A stretch of DNA of 63,577 bases, the filler included, from Octopus bimaculoides (Eukaryota): assembly GCF_001194135.2 (NCBI RefSeq). It is 8 parts of 7 records of this genome, joined end to end, with 100 filler letters (N's around TTAATTAATTAA, not from the genome) between each part and the next. Parts side by side here need not be neighbours in the genome. Positions count along the whole stretch, not along the records: positions 16,178 to 25,552 come from NC_068981.1; positions 25,653 to 34,201 come from NC_069001.1; positions 34,302 to 44,686 come from NC_068983.1; 5 more parts are not named here. One strand, 5' to 3'. Below, one piece after another: positions 24,725 to 37,775 of the stretch. Position numbers and translations under genes: made by a program. How positions within the stretch are numbered: the stretch's first letter is position 1; each line of letters opens with the position of its first letter. The notes below the pieces were generated by a model. That model ran no database searches. It was not told the DNA's origin and was given only the letters and a program-made list of their open reading frames with translations.

Positions 24725-25110
24725 GGAAAACAATGCTTTCTAATTGATGTATCAATACCAGCAGATGACAACGTTTCTCGAAAAGAAATGGAAAAACTTT
24801 CAAAATACAAAGACCTGGAAATAGAGATAACTCGAATGTGGAGTCTAAAAACAGAAACAATTCCTATCATAGTAGGTGCCTTAGGTATAATTAAAAAATA
24901 CTCAGACAAATACATAACAAAAATACCAGGACTTACAAATATATATAACACACAGAAAATTGCACTACTGGGTACTGCACACATTCTACGCAAAACACTT
25001 TCAATACAGTAAACATAAAAGCACCACAGCAAACCACAGCACATACCCAAGGCGCACAGAGCTGCGCTCGGTAGTGAAGTGAAAGCACGTTATAAAAATA
25101 AAACTACTGA
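24722..25110 (+). mobile_element. Young 5'-truncated R4/Dong-like REL LINE flanked by (TAA)n on both sides
   Basis: Open frame KGKQCFLIDVSIPADDNVSRKEMEKLSKYKDLEIEITRMW...ILRKTLSIQ*, then ~95-bp 3'UTR, then (TAA)n. Confidence 0.9.
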
Positions 25111-25120
25111 ACAATAATAC

Positions 25121-25170
<50 letters not shown>

Positions 25171-26139
25171 CTATTTGAGTTTGAAGATTTTATAAACGTT
25201 TTCAATGTCAGCGCTTAAAAACAAGCTATTTATCTCTCCACAGTATATCAAATAAAAACATCATTCTTTTCGCCTAGCATGCTGCCATAAATGACCAAAT
25301 ATTGTGGGTATATAACAAAATTTAGTGTTTCGTGTTTCGCACCATAAATCTGTTTATCTTCTACACACACATTTATACACACAGACACGAATGTATATAC
25401 GTATATGATGATATATTTAAATTTCCACATATCTATCTGCAAGGTGCTCCAGCATGACCGCAGCCACTTGGCTGAAACACATAAATAAATAAATATATAA
25501 TACACACGGACATTTATCTACATGCATATGTATATATATATACATATATATANNNNNNNNNNNNNNNNNNNNNNNNNNNNNNNNNNNNNNNNNNNNTTAA
25601 TTAATTAANNNNNNNNNNNNNNNNNNNNNNNNNNNNNNNNNNNNNNNNNNNNAAGAAAGCTTCTTGCCGCACAGCTATGCCTGCGCCTAAAAACTGTATC
25701 AGGTTCTACTGAAACTTGAACTCAGATTGCTGGATTCAGAGTCCAGAGTGCTGACCATTACATCATGGAACCCTTATTTAAGAATTATTAAAACACATAT
25801 CAAGATTCATTAAACAGAAGGCATTTTCGTCCTAAATTCCCAGAATACAATGATACAAGAGGTTCTTTAGAAAAGATAGTGGTGACCCACTACCTGTTCC
25901 GCGTTTCTGTTCGTCACTATTCCCAGCAGCTTTTCGCTGTTGACGCCACCAAAAGAGAAAAAAATATCATTGTTAAAGGCGTGAAATTCTTATGAATTTT
26001 TGGACAATAACTGACGAGAAATGAACATATCCATGTCTTGCGTGTAATTTTTTTGTTTGCTTCTTTGCTAGGCTTCTATTTAATTTTTGAAACTGTGTAT
26101 TTATGTTTCTTTATTATTTTCGTAATATTTATAAGCGCA

Positions 26140-26495
26140 ACATTCCGCCGAGATCGACTTTGCCTTTCATCCTTTCGGGGTCGATAGATTAAGTACCAGT
26201 TACGTACTAATCGACTGGCCCCCTCCCTAGAAATTTCAGGCCTTGCGCCTAGAGTAGAAAAGAAATTTTATAGGCGCAAGAAGACAGCAAGCTTGCACAA
26301 TCGTTAACACGCCGAACAAAATGCTGAGCAGCATTTCGTCCGTCTTTATATTCTGAGTTCAAATGCCGCTGAGGTTGACTTTACCCTTTTATCCTTTCGA
26401 GGTCAATAAAGTAAATACCATTTGAGCTCTGGGGTCGATGTGATCGATTTAACCCATTCTCCGAAATTGCAGGCCATATGCCAAAATTTAAAACC
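26140..26495 (+). mobile_element. SINE family B units
   Basis: CCGCCGAGATCGACTTTGCCTTTCATCCTTTCGGGGTCGAT, plus a second copy. Confidence 0.75.
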
Positions 26496-26502
26496 AATAG
26501 TT

Positions 26503-26629
26503 ATAGGCACACGTGTGTGGTAAGAAGCTTGTTTCCCAACCACATGGTTCCGGGTTCAGTCCNNNNNNNNNNTTTTTCCGGGCGGTGCTCCATCATGGCC
26601 GCAGTCTAATTAATGAAACAAGATAAAGA
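26503..26629 (+). mobile_element. SINE family A head and tail separated by a gap
   Basis: GTGGTAAGAAGCTTG..GGTTCCGGGTTCAGTCC ... GGCGGTGCTCCATCATGGCCGCAGTC. Confidence 0.7.
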
Positions 26630-27026
26630 ATGTAATTAGGAAGCGGTTATAGGAAAATTATTGTTGGATTTAATTGGAGATGTCTGTTCCAAAGTCACGA
26701 GGACAATCTGATATATATTTATAAATATCGAACTATCTGGGAAACCAGCAGAAAGACAAGATGCAATGAATAAATAAAGAATATAGATACCTTGGATCGA
26801 ATTTATAGGTACCAGATCCGAGAAAAGATGCTGCAAAACAAAAAGACAATAAAAATTACTGTTGAGTTAATATCTCAATGAAGTTTTTTTTAAAAATCTA
26901 AACGGATTATTATTATTATCATTATTATGATGGAGGCGGCGAGCTGACAGAATCGTTAGCACGACGGGCAAAATACTTAGAGGTGAGGTGAGAATTCTGT
27001 TTATTTATATATATTTTTGGGACAAT

Positions 27027-27088
27027 ACTGTGCTGATGAACGAAATCTAGATTCATTCTAGTAATCGCGAAATCGGTCGATACACAGT
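27027..27088 (+). ncRNA. Type I hammerhead ribozyme motif
   Basis: ACTGTG-CTGATGA-ACGA..CTAGA ttcat TCTAG..TCGC-GAAA TCGGTCGA TA-CACAGT; perfect 6-bp stem I; A.C at the base of stem II. Confidence 0.7.
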
Positions 27089-27430
27089 TAAGTTTATTTA
27101 NNNNNNNNNNNNNNNNNNNNNNNNNNNNNNNNNNNNNNNNNNNNNNNNNNNNNNNNNNNNNNNNNNNNNNNNNNNNNNNNNNNNNNNNNNNNNNNNNNNN
27201 NNNNNNNNNNNNNNNNNNNNNNNNNNNNNNNNNNNNNNNNNNNNNNNNNNNNNNNNNNNNNNNNNNNNNNNNNNNNNNNNNNNNNNNNNNNNNNNNNNNN
27301 NNNNNNNNNNNNNNNNNNNNNNNNNNNNNNNNNNNNNNNNNNNNNNNNNNNNNNNNNNNNNNNNNNNNNNNNNNNNNNNNNNNNNNNNNNNNNNNNNNNN
27401 NNNNNNNNNNNNNNNNNNNNNNNNNTATAT

Positions 27431-27461
<31 letters not shown>

Positions 27462-28189
27462 GGGGTGGGGGTAAGATTTCTTCACCTCTTAGTCGGAGCT
27501 TATTAACAACCGAACAGACTGCAGCTGTCTTCGACCCTTTCTCACCCTCGACTCAGTGAAATGTCCAAGACGTGAGAAAGAGGATTGCTCCATCACTCAA
27601 TTGGAGCACATTTACAGCTGAGTTGACTGAGCCAACGTGAAATGAAGTGTCTTTCATCATGCGGTCCTTTCGGCCTTTTCGGCTCCTTCGGCCCCTGCGG
27701 GACATTCAGTGGGTGGCAGAAGGAGGAAACGGGAGGGTTGCGCTATTAATTGGCTGGCACTCATTTGCAGTCGAGCAAACTGAGCGAACATGAAATTGAG
27801 TGCTTTTAGTCTTGCGGTTCGATAATATTATTCGAGATTTTGTTTATGAAACAAACAAATTTTTACTTCTTGGCCTTTCATGTCCCAGTTCCACACTCCA
27901 AGTCCGGCATGAACCGAGAAAAATAATGGTAAGCATGTTTAGAATCTATATTTAATATAACATGCTGCTAATATCTATCTTCGAGACTTGCCTCTTACAA
28001 ACCGGAAGTGTTAGTCGCAGAAAACATTCCAGGCGGAAATATTTCCAGTAGGTAATAATGCTACTGCCGCCGCTGCTGTTACGACCACTGCTGCTGCTGC
28101 GGCTTCTGATGCTCCTACTATGTATGGCCGAGTATTCTCTTGGAGGCTGAAATTTTTCAGGTCTACTGTTTTTTTTTATTTCGTGTTTT

Positions 28190-28407
28190 TCTTTTGTTTT
28201 CATTCATTCACTCATTCCTTCTTTTTTCTTTCATTCATTCATTCTTTCTTTGTACCTTTCATTCATTCATTCATTCATTCATTCATTCATTTATTCTTTC
28301 TTTCTTTCTTAGTATTCTTTGTTCTCTTTTCCTTTACTTTCTTTTTCTCATTCTTTCATTCTCTCTGTCTTTCTTACTTGAAAGCTTTCCTTCTTTCTGT
28401 CTAAACT

Positions 28408-28443
<36 letters not shown>

Positions 28444-28510
28444 TTTGCCTTACTTTCTTTCTTTCTTTCTTTCTTTCTTTTTGCCTTACTTTCTGTCTTT
28501 TTTCTTTCAT

Positions 28511-28558
<48 letters not shown>

Positions 28559-28575
28559 TCCTTCTTTCTTTCTAG
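28190..28575. repeat. (TTCA)/(TTTC)n pyrimidine-rich microsatellite
   Basis: Direct. Confidence 0.9.
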
Positions 28576-29325
28576 AAATATTTCCCTTTCTTTCCTCTTT
28601 AATTCTCTGTTTGAAAGATGATAATGNNNNNNNNNNNNNNNNNNNNNNNNNNNNNNNNNNNNNNNNNNNNNNNNNNNNNNNNNNNNNNNNNNNNNNNNNN
28701 NNNNNNNNNNNNNNNNNNNNNNNNNNNNNNNNNNNNNNNNNNNNNNNNNNNNNNNNNNNNNNNNNNNNNNNNNNNNNNNNNNNNNNNNNNNNNNNNNNNN
28801 NNNNNNNNNNNNNNNNNNNNNNNNNNNNNNNNNNNNNNNNNNNNNNNNNNNNNNNNNNNNNNNNNNNNNNNNNNNNNNNNNNNNNNNNNNNNNNNNNNNN
28901 NNNNNNNNNNNNNNNNNNNNNNNNNNNNNNNNCGCTACCATTTCAGTACCATCACCACCAACGCCACCACCACCACCACCACGCCATACCATACTCCTCT
29001 CTTCCTCTACACTACTCTAACCCCTACCCATATGTTGCAAACTGTAGTCAGACGTTAAAAATACCGACCGGAAGTTCACGGCCACAGCCATTTTCTATGC
29101 AACTCTTAGCATTCTTCCTAACAGCAGTCAGTATTACCTGTTTCTGTTCTAATTCGAACCTCCGCCCCGCCAGGTTGAATGTTGGTCAAATGGTTGCGTT
29201 ATTGGAGTACCAGATCAGAGGTTATCAGTTTAAATCTATTCCATTATATGCGTATGTATGTATGTATGTATGTATGTATGTATGTATGTATGTATGTATG
29301 TATGTATGATGTATGTATGTATTCG

Positions 29326-29366
<41 letters not shown>

Positions 29367-29586
29367 ACACACACACATAAATAGATGTGTATTTTTCCCT
29401 TGTTAACAATTAATACGGAAAAGATAGATAAATAGTTACTAGGGTAGCAAAAAATCACACAAGTAAAAAGGGTGTAACCCCTTGTTTTTAAAGGTAGAAA
29501 CTTCGGGTTTAAGTGAAATATTTTGTATAATATATATAAATAAATAAATAAATGGAGTTAAACGCAGGTGTTATTCAAATTCTTTT

Positions 29587-29675
29587 ACTTCCGACACATG
29601 TTTCGAAGATATCACTGGTATTATTCCAAAGGAATAGAATGGTGTAAAACAATGTAATCTTCTCTTCAGGGAAAT
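29587..29675 (-). ncRNA. Type I hammerhead ribozyme motif, all core positions intact
   Basis: ATTTCC-CTGAAGA-GAAGAT..46 nt..ATCTTC-GAAAC ATGT GTC-GGAAGT. Confidence 0.8.
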
Positions 29676-30271
29676 GAAGAAATGAAACTCGTCAATAAGA
29701 CATTATAACAGAAAATGATGGAAATGTATAATGATTAACTGAACGCTATTAACTTTGTTTTAAAAAACGTTTGAGGATATAACGTCAAAGGTAGCCTATA
29801 GAAAGGGGAAGGGTAGAGTAAAGAAAAAACCAAATAAATGAGAAGTATATAACGATATGTATATTAAATAAAACCCTATAGTCTTGGAAAAAGATATATC
29901 TAGTGAATGTGAAATGTAAGAAGAAAATTAATGTTTAAATTATATATAATGATAGATATCACTTATATGAACTAAAGGTGTGTTTCTGCCAATGTTTACA
30001 TCGGCATGCACGCTCTATAACCGTGTTAACAAGGGGATTTTTTAGAAAAAAGAATAAAATATAGTTCAGAATTACAGAGAAGACAGAATTCCTTGTCTTT
30101 ATCATAAGATATCGAAATTGAGTGAATCAACCAATCTAAATTAAATTGTTTATTGTGGGTTGTACCTGAAAGCTTTGTGTTAGTCACCGATCTCTTCTTT
30201 TTTTTCTTAGTATAAAAATTCTAACTCAACCAGATTGTTTCTATATTTACTAGCATATCCACGTGTGAAAG

Positions 30272-30575
30272 AGCGTGGCTAAGTGGTTAGAATATGCGGC
30301 TCACAATCGTAAAATTGTGAGTTCAATATCCAGCGACGCGTTGTCTCCTTGAGCAAGACACTTTATTTCATGTTGTTTTAGTCCATTCAGCGTGGAGGGG
30401 GAAACGAGTTGTATCTGTAATTCAAAGAGCCAGCCTTGTTACCTCCTGTATCATGCTGAATCTCTCTGAGAACTACATTAATGGAGTGCTCAGCCATTTG
30501 CATGTTAATTTCATAAGCAGGCTGGTCCGTTGATCAGATCAACTGGAATATTTACCGTCGTAACCAACGGAGTCC
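30272..30575 (+). mobile_element. tRNA-derived SINE related to family C
   Basis: GCGTGGCTAAGTGGTTAG..GTGAGTTCAAT head, CCTTGAGCAAGACAC body, 3' part shared with 53265. Confidence 0.75.
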
Positions 30576-30844
30576 GGTAGGTCATAACATAGCCAAAAGG
30601 ACTATGTAAACCAGAGTGGAGAAATAATAAGTTTCGTAGCGGTCGTCCATAGATATCCACCTTCACACTCATCTTGGAAAAGATGTTTACATCTGCCGGG
30701 TAGTTAGCTTTTATGATTGTATATCACTTTGGTTTTCTGTCCCAAACAATTTCATCAAATTCGTTATGTTTGAGATTAGCAGATATCTTTAGTGGGGATA
30801 TTCTCCCCAAATTTCTTAGGTTAATATATATCTATCCAACAAAG

Positions 30845-31115
30845 CGGAGAGCTGACATAATCGTTAACACGCCGGGCGAAATGCTTAGCGGTATTTTGTC
30901 TGCCGTTACGTTCTGAGTTCAAATTCCTTAATAAAGAAATCGGTATTTCGTCTGCTGTTACGTTCTGAGTCCAAATTTTGCCGAGGTCAACTTTGCCTTT
31001 CTTTCTTTCTTTCGGGGTTAATGAAGTAAGTACCGGTTGAGCGCTGGGTTCGATTCAATCGACTTACCCCCACCCGCCAAATTACTGGCCTTGTGTCAAA
31101 ATTTGAGATCAATGT
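30845..31115 (+). mobile_element. SINE family B with internally duplicated head segment
   Basis: GCTTAGCGGTATTTTGTCTGCCGTTACGTTCTGAGTTC; this segment is present twice. Confidence 0.75.
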
Positions 31116-31266
31116 TAGAATCATCCAGAAGTTTTTGAGGTATGCAGAGTATTTCGCTTCCAATCCTTTTTAGAGGTACTCTTGCTCAGGAATTCTGGGG
31201 TCGCATGGAACGTCATTCTGAAGTGAATACTTTCTGAGAAGTTCACAACTATCTCGTAGGCTATTA

Positions 31267-31358
<92 letters not shown>

Positions 31359-31389
31359 TACAGGACATGTATGTATGTATGTATGTATG

Positions 31390-32386
31390 CCTGTATATGT
31401 GCAAATTTGTATGTTTTACTTTATGTATGTATTCTCATGCATATAGTTGCATACCTAGACATTCTCATATATATTTAAATGATAAACTTCTGGAAAGTTT
31501 TACAGATTTTTACATTTCCAGTGATAGATTGGATCTGTAGCCTTCGAATTAGCTTTCTCCTTTCTGGTTTTGAGAATCTTAATTTCTCAAGATTGGTATT
31601 TAGGCCGTGTGTTACATATCCCAGGGCCCCAATAATTACTGGTATAAACCTGGACTTGTAATCTGGATAGAGTAACTACAGATTTTTCAATATTTCAGCA
31701 TAGGTGTTCTCTTTTTCACTAATCTTCAGCTTTATGTTAACATCCGTTGGGACGCTGACTTCCACAACTGTGCATAGTTTCTCTTCACTATCCAAAATCA
31801 GGTCTGTGTTGCTTACATTTTATTGAGGTCTTTACTGGTACATTCCATCAGTATTCCATTTCATTATGAGTGGCTATGGCTTCTACCATATTGTGGTTCT
31901 TATTTCTTTGTCCTTGGGATTATCCTTCAGACGGAATTCAATATAGAGTGTCCTAGCTCATCGGTAGATAATACCGTGATGACATTTTCGGACAACTGCT
32001 TATGATGTGGGTGATATCTTTAGTGTAAACTCCACAAAGTCTGCATCGGTTGTCACATTTTACTGCTTTCCCCGCATCTATATCCCTTTTATGCATCAGA
32101 TACTTGGTTGATATTTCCTGTTTCTGGATTGCAGACGTGTACCCTTCAATCCGGCTATTCGTCCATGGTGGTAATTCGGCTATTCGTTCAAGATAAACTG
32201 CATTGATGATCGATGTTACTATCATCAAGGAGCTTTCTACTATCATATCCATGCACAATCCTCTGCTCATATAGGCTCATCCTTTCATCTGATGATACGT
32301 TGCGGTAGTCGTGCGACTTCTTTGGTCATGTATTCTAGGTTATCAGACAAAGAGTGTTGCTCAAGGAGCTGCCTCCCAAGTCATAT
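31390..32386 (-). mobile_element. 5'-truncated REL-type (R4/Dong-like) LINE flanked by (CATA)n
   Basis: CRLCGVYTKDITHIISSCPKMSSRYYLPM; VEVSVPTDVNIKLKISEKENTY; FIPVIIGALGYV...KICKTFQKFII*. Confidence 0.85.
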
Positions 32387-32566
32387 AATGTATGTATGTA
32401 TGTATGTATGTATGTACGTATGTATCTATGTATGTACGTACCTATGTATATGCATTTGCATGTGCATATATGTGTATGTATGTATGTATGTATGTATACG
32501 TGTGTATGTATATATGTATGTACGTATGCAATCGTGTATGTCTGTAAGTGGTCACATGTTTGTATG

Positions 32567-32613
<47 letters not shown>

Positions 32614-32804
32614 TTTATATATAATGTGTGTGTATGAATATATATACATATATATATAAATATTTACATATTTTCTTTCTGTCCGTCCTCTCTCCTCCTC
32701 TCTCTCTCTCTCTCTACATATGCATATGTATATATATGTACATGTATGTGTATGTATGACTGTATATGTGTGCGTGTGTGATTGCGTGCGCGCGTATATG
32801 TGTG

Positions 32805-32860
<56 letters not shown>

Positions 32861-33966
32861 TCCATACATATGTGCGTATATGTGTGTGTGCTTCTGTGGG
32901 CGTGCGTGTTTTGAGTGTTGTATGTTGTGTGTGTGAACTTATATATGCGATGTCTGAATAAATGCAGCTTCACTAGACTCAGCCATCCCAGATAGGAATG
33001 CCACTAAATGCCATTCTCTAACAATTGCTTGGCTAAGTTGTTTCTGATGTCACTTATTTAACCTCCTCCATTAAAGAGCTCCGAACGTTCTCAATAAAAA
33101 AAAAAATGATTAAAAGCAGACGACCGACCGATTGTGATAACGCTATTGACTGGAAGACAGATTAAAAATTAATGATGCTCTGTGTTGCCTTGTCTTTGGT
33201 TTACTGACCCAGCTTGTTTGATACTGCATGGTAAGGAGGACAGACTGAAGAAGGGCTGGTGTTAGGGGTTTTTCTGGCAAACGTTTCTCTCATATTCACA
33301 TCTTTCCAAAAATGATACATCACACCCCACTACACCAAACCACAATAATTGCGTTTGATCGAGAAGAGAACAACGACGCTTTTAATATAAAAATAACACC
33401 AGTAGTAATAATTGGACCCTAAGATAGGAACAAGGATCTGAAAATGTTGAGGAAAGGTGCTTATCGTATCGGTGCCTTTTGCCGACATGGGGACGGAAGC
33501 ACATCAACACCGGTTGTCAAGCGGTATGTTGGAAGACAAACGCAAATACAGTGACACTCACACACTCACACACATATATATGGTGTTTGTCTACTCCTTA
33601 TGCAGAGTTTGACCACCTTCTGTGCCTACACCTTAGAACCATCATGGAATCTGATGTGGCTTTTTAAACTAGACAATATTTTGAAAAGACTCCCACATAG
33701 ATTGCATATTCATTGATACATACATAAATAAGCATTTGAAGGCAAAACAAGATGGAGAAAATAGTACTTGAATACCAACAGTTAGAGTAATATGCTTTTT
33801 CTAAAAGCCGAAAAACCTTCACAAACTGTTACTCAGAATATCACGACATCGTACGTAGAATAGTTGTGATTATACTCAAATAAAATTGTGATGGTACGAG
33901 TATTTATATGTATGGATGTATACATACATACACAAACACACATATACACACATACATGCACTCCTC

Positions 33967-33998
<32 letters not shown>

Positions 33999-34163
33999 GC
34001 AAACACACACACACGTTTACATATCAGCAGATGAGATACAGAAATTCTCGGTATAAAAACAATTCCGCGGGGCAAAGAGTGGTTATAAGAGGAATAAAGA
34101 TGAGCAGATATGGAGGCAATAATGCAGATACACAAACGAAGTATAACAGCTTGGGTTTTATAT

Positions 34164-34201
<38 letters not shown>

Positions 34202-34300
34202 NNNNNNNNNNNNNNNNNNNNNNNNNNNNNNNNNNNNNNNNNNNNTTAATTAATTAANNNNNNNNNNNNNNNNNNNNNNNNNNNNNNNNNNNNNNNNNNN

Positions 34301-35425
34301 NTTCAAGGAAGGAGACGCGACGATTTTCACGATAGACTCGGTTTATAAACCGACTCGTCCCACATGCGATAGCAGTTGTTCGACGTAAGCCCACAGGCCG
34401 GAAATGGTTGGACACTGTACGAGTGCGTGCAGAACAGTTTCGTCGCTCTGACCGCATCTAGGGAGGGTCGGCCCGTGTTTCTCGAGCCATGCCGTGGAGC
34501 TTATCACGAACGGGTACCGCTTCTAGATAACACTGCCAGGCCAGGGATCCCTGGAAGTTGTCCATAGGTCCCGGCCCGAAAGTCATCTTGAACAGGTGGG
34601 TCAGGTATTCTTCGTCGACGCCCAGGTTCGCCCCGAGATCGTCGTCGTACCTCCCCTCCACTAATCCCATATAGAATGCTTTGGCTGTATTGCAGTTGCT
34701 CAAGGTCGACCCGGGACGGCAGAGTTGCTCGAGAGCAACGCGACACTCGCGGTGCCATTCGCCCTTTCTCGGCCTCTTTTTGATCCACGACTGCAGTTCG
34801 GACAAGGAGACGAGCAGTGGGAAAGCGCGCCTCACAAACGGTGACCACACCTGTTCACCGTCGTCTACGTAGACCCGGAGATGTCGCAGTCTCAGCGCGT
34901 GTCTGCGCATCATCAACCACGGCATGCCCAGCCCTCCTTTNNNNNNNNNNNNNNNNNNNNNNNNNNNNNNNNNNNNNNNNNNNNNNNNNNNNNNNNNNNN
35001 NNNNNNNNNNNNNNNNNNNNNNNNNNNNNNNNNNNNNNNNNNNNNNNNNNNNNNNNNNNNNNNNNNNNNNNNNNNNNNNNNNNNNNNNNNNNNNNNNNNN
35101 NNNNNNNNNNNNNNNNNNNNNNNNNNNNNNNNNNNNNNNNNNNNNNNNNNNNNNNNNNNNNNNNNNNNNNNNNNNNNNNNNNCAGACGGATCACCTGACC
35201 ATTGGAACGCATCCTTTCCACAAGTATCGGAAGAGTATGCGTTCCAGTTTGGTGATGGTAGGGTCGGGACAAGGCACGACGGTCAGGCGGTAGTAGATGA
35301 CGGACGCGATATACATGTTCGCCACCTCCGCCCGACATTTCAGCGACAGCTTCCTCTCGGCCCATTGCCAGACGAGAGTGACCACCCTACTCGTTATCTC
35401 GTTCCAGTTCTCCGTTTGGAGGTCA
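34301..35425 (-). mobile_element. Tx1/L1-clade LINE fragment with an internal gap
   Basis: AERKLSLKCRAEVANMYIASVIYYRLTVVPCP..LERILFRYLWKG; SLAWQCYLEAVPVRDKL; GC-rich and less decayed than 11628. Confidence 0.85.
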
Positions 35426-35426
35426 A

Positions 35427-35504
<78 letters not shown>

Positions 35505-35974
35505 GGTATTTTTAAATTTTCCTAGTTGTGTTCTAGCACTTTGTAGATATTTTCATTCTCTATGTAAGAGAGGATTTTTGGAGTGGTATATAATTAATCA
35601 CTCTTAGTTCGTCTCCTTTCCACATTCTGGCTACTTCATATTGAATCCCTCATAGCCGACTGTTATTTCGAGGAATGTTTTGTAGGAACAGTCTCTTGTA
35701 TAGGCTGAATAAGTGTGTAGTTTCAGAAGCATCTTTATGTCCCAGAGCACATTTTGTTTATATATATTTTTTAAAAAACTAAAAGAGTAAGGGTGGAACA
35801 CTAGCTTGTTCTGTCTCACTGTGTGGCACCTTGGGCAAGTGTCTCCTACTATAAATCTGTGTCAATGCTACTGTCAGTCATAGATTATGACTGACAGAAT
35901 CTATGCGTAAGCCCACCATGATTCTGAGTATTTATGTATGTTTGTGTGTGATTGTGGATATGTGTATGAATACA

Positions 35975-36180
35975 AGTGTGTGTGTCTGCGTCTGTCCTCC
36001 ACAGCTGGACAACTGGCTTTAGTTCGTTTACGCTCCCATAATTGAACTGCTCTGCAAAAGAAAAGCAAGCGATTAAGTACCAGACTTAGAATAGATACTG
36101 GGACCGATTTGAGCGACTGGACCCTTCGAGGTAATGTTCCACTACGGTCGCAGTCCAATCACTGAAACAAGCAAAATCAT
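35975..36180 (+). mobile_element. SINE family A variant, 3' half
   Basis: Similar to 4075-4252. Confidence 0.55.
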
Positions 36181-36649
36181 TAAAGAATATGTATATATTC
36201 GAGATTTATCCTTTCATTTTCAATATTTCTCATACACTTTGGTCAGAATTCCAAATAAGTTGTATTTAATTGCTGCGCATTCGCCTGCGTACACGAATTA
36301 AGATTAGCTTTGTATCGTTCGTGTATGTCTAGCCGCCATATAGATCACTTCAATGAAAGTTTTCTCGGAAGATTTTTTCACAATTGCGATAAAACAGGAT
36401 TTTTCGACCGTATCTGTTACGCTTGAATAGTTCTAGTCGGATCACTGTCGCCATCACTCTTTGAAATGAGAAAAGTGAGCATGATAACATGATAATTGAC
36501 AAAGTCAGAGTAATTAGAAGTCAGAAGTGATGCTTTTACACTTTGTGTATATGCGTACGTCGGGCTGAACCTGACAGAATAGAAAAATATAGTTTTGGGT
36601 AAGATATAATAAGTGTATGATGTGTGAAGTTGGATGCTTTTTTTTGTCG

Positions 36650-37480
36650 GTTACTACTTACAGAACCATCATGGTCGAGAGATCTAGGAAAAGAGGATTT
36701 CGAAAAACTGGTTAGAAGTTTTTGGTAAGGAACTAAGAGGAATCCTATCAGAAAGATATACTGCAGTTTGGGAAGTGGAAAGGTTTGCGGGTTGCGTGGG
36801 GTACGGAAACCTCCTTAACGATTTGGATGAAGATCTTACAGGAGTTGTACTAAGACAATCATTTAGCTTTTAGGAATTGGTACTGCTGTAGGACAGCTAT
36901 GAATAAACCTCTAGCGAGACTTCAGGTTGAGGGTGGTTTATGGAGAGTCATTCTTAAGAGAATGGTTTAAGTAACCTACCTTGCTGCTTCTAATAGGCTT
37001 GTGTAAAACATTTAGTGCCACCAGAATTAGTTTACGTCGAACAGGCCGAGTGTCAGAGATGAGGAGATATGGCGTAATATACGGATGTTTGGTAGTTGCA
37101 TTAAGTAAGGATTCGAACAACCTGAGATACAGAGACTATGATGATTTTAAGTTAGGTCTGGAAGTGAGAAAATGATCAAGGGTATTTGGAGAATATGTGT
37201 TTCTTAGGGATGTATGAAGGAAATGAAATTATTTCATGTAGAAAGATCATGACTTCAGAGGTGGGTGTAGTAAAATAAATGTCCTCGATCCAGGAAGAAG
37301 AGATATGACTAAAGCGTTCTTGTTGGTTGGTGGAGTTTGAAAAGCGCAGAACGATACAGATGTATTTTTGTTGTGAAAGAAGAAGATACTGGATCAGAAT
37401 AACTAAATGTCTTTGTTTCTGATTTAGAGCAGCTATGCTCTGATTTTTGCCTAATCTCTAATAAAATTCACAAAATTGAA
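36650..37480 (-). mobile_element. Degenerate AP-endonuclease region of a Jockey/I-group-like LINE
   Basis: IHLYRS..., ISSSWIEDIYFTTPTSEVMIF, TLDHFLTSRP pieces in shifting frames. Confidence 0.4.
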
Positions 37481-37616
37481 TATATTGGTGTGCTGGAAGT
37501 AGGCAGGGAAATGTAAAGTTTCAGGTAGAATTTTCCATCGGGGGAGAAATAAAGAGAGGAACTCGTTATCCCTAAACGGTTTTTGTATTAATTTATATCT
37601 TAATATTTTCCCAGTT

Positions 37617-37775
37617 CGGGGGTGAGTTGGCAGAATCGTTAGCACGCCCCGAGGTCGACTTTGCCTTTCATCCTTTCGGTGTCGATAAATTAAGTACTAG
37701 TTGTGTACTGGGGTCGATCTAATCGACTGATCCCCTCCCTCAAAATTTCTGGCCTTGTGCCTAGAGTACAAACGA
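37617..37775 (+). mobile_element. SINE family B, internally deleted
   Basis: GGTGAGTTGGCAGAATCGTTAGCACGCC joined to CGAGGTCGACTTTGCCTTTCATCC. Confidence 0.8.

Noticed and set aside
33240-33292. GACAGA-CTGAAGA...GCAAACGTT-TCTCTC hammerhead-like order
   Set aside because: GAAA is interrupted and there is no credible stem II.
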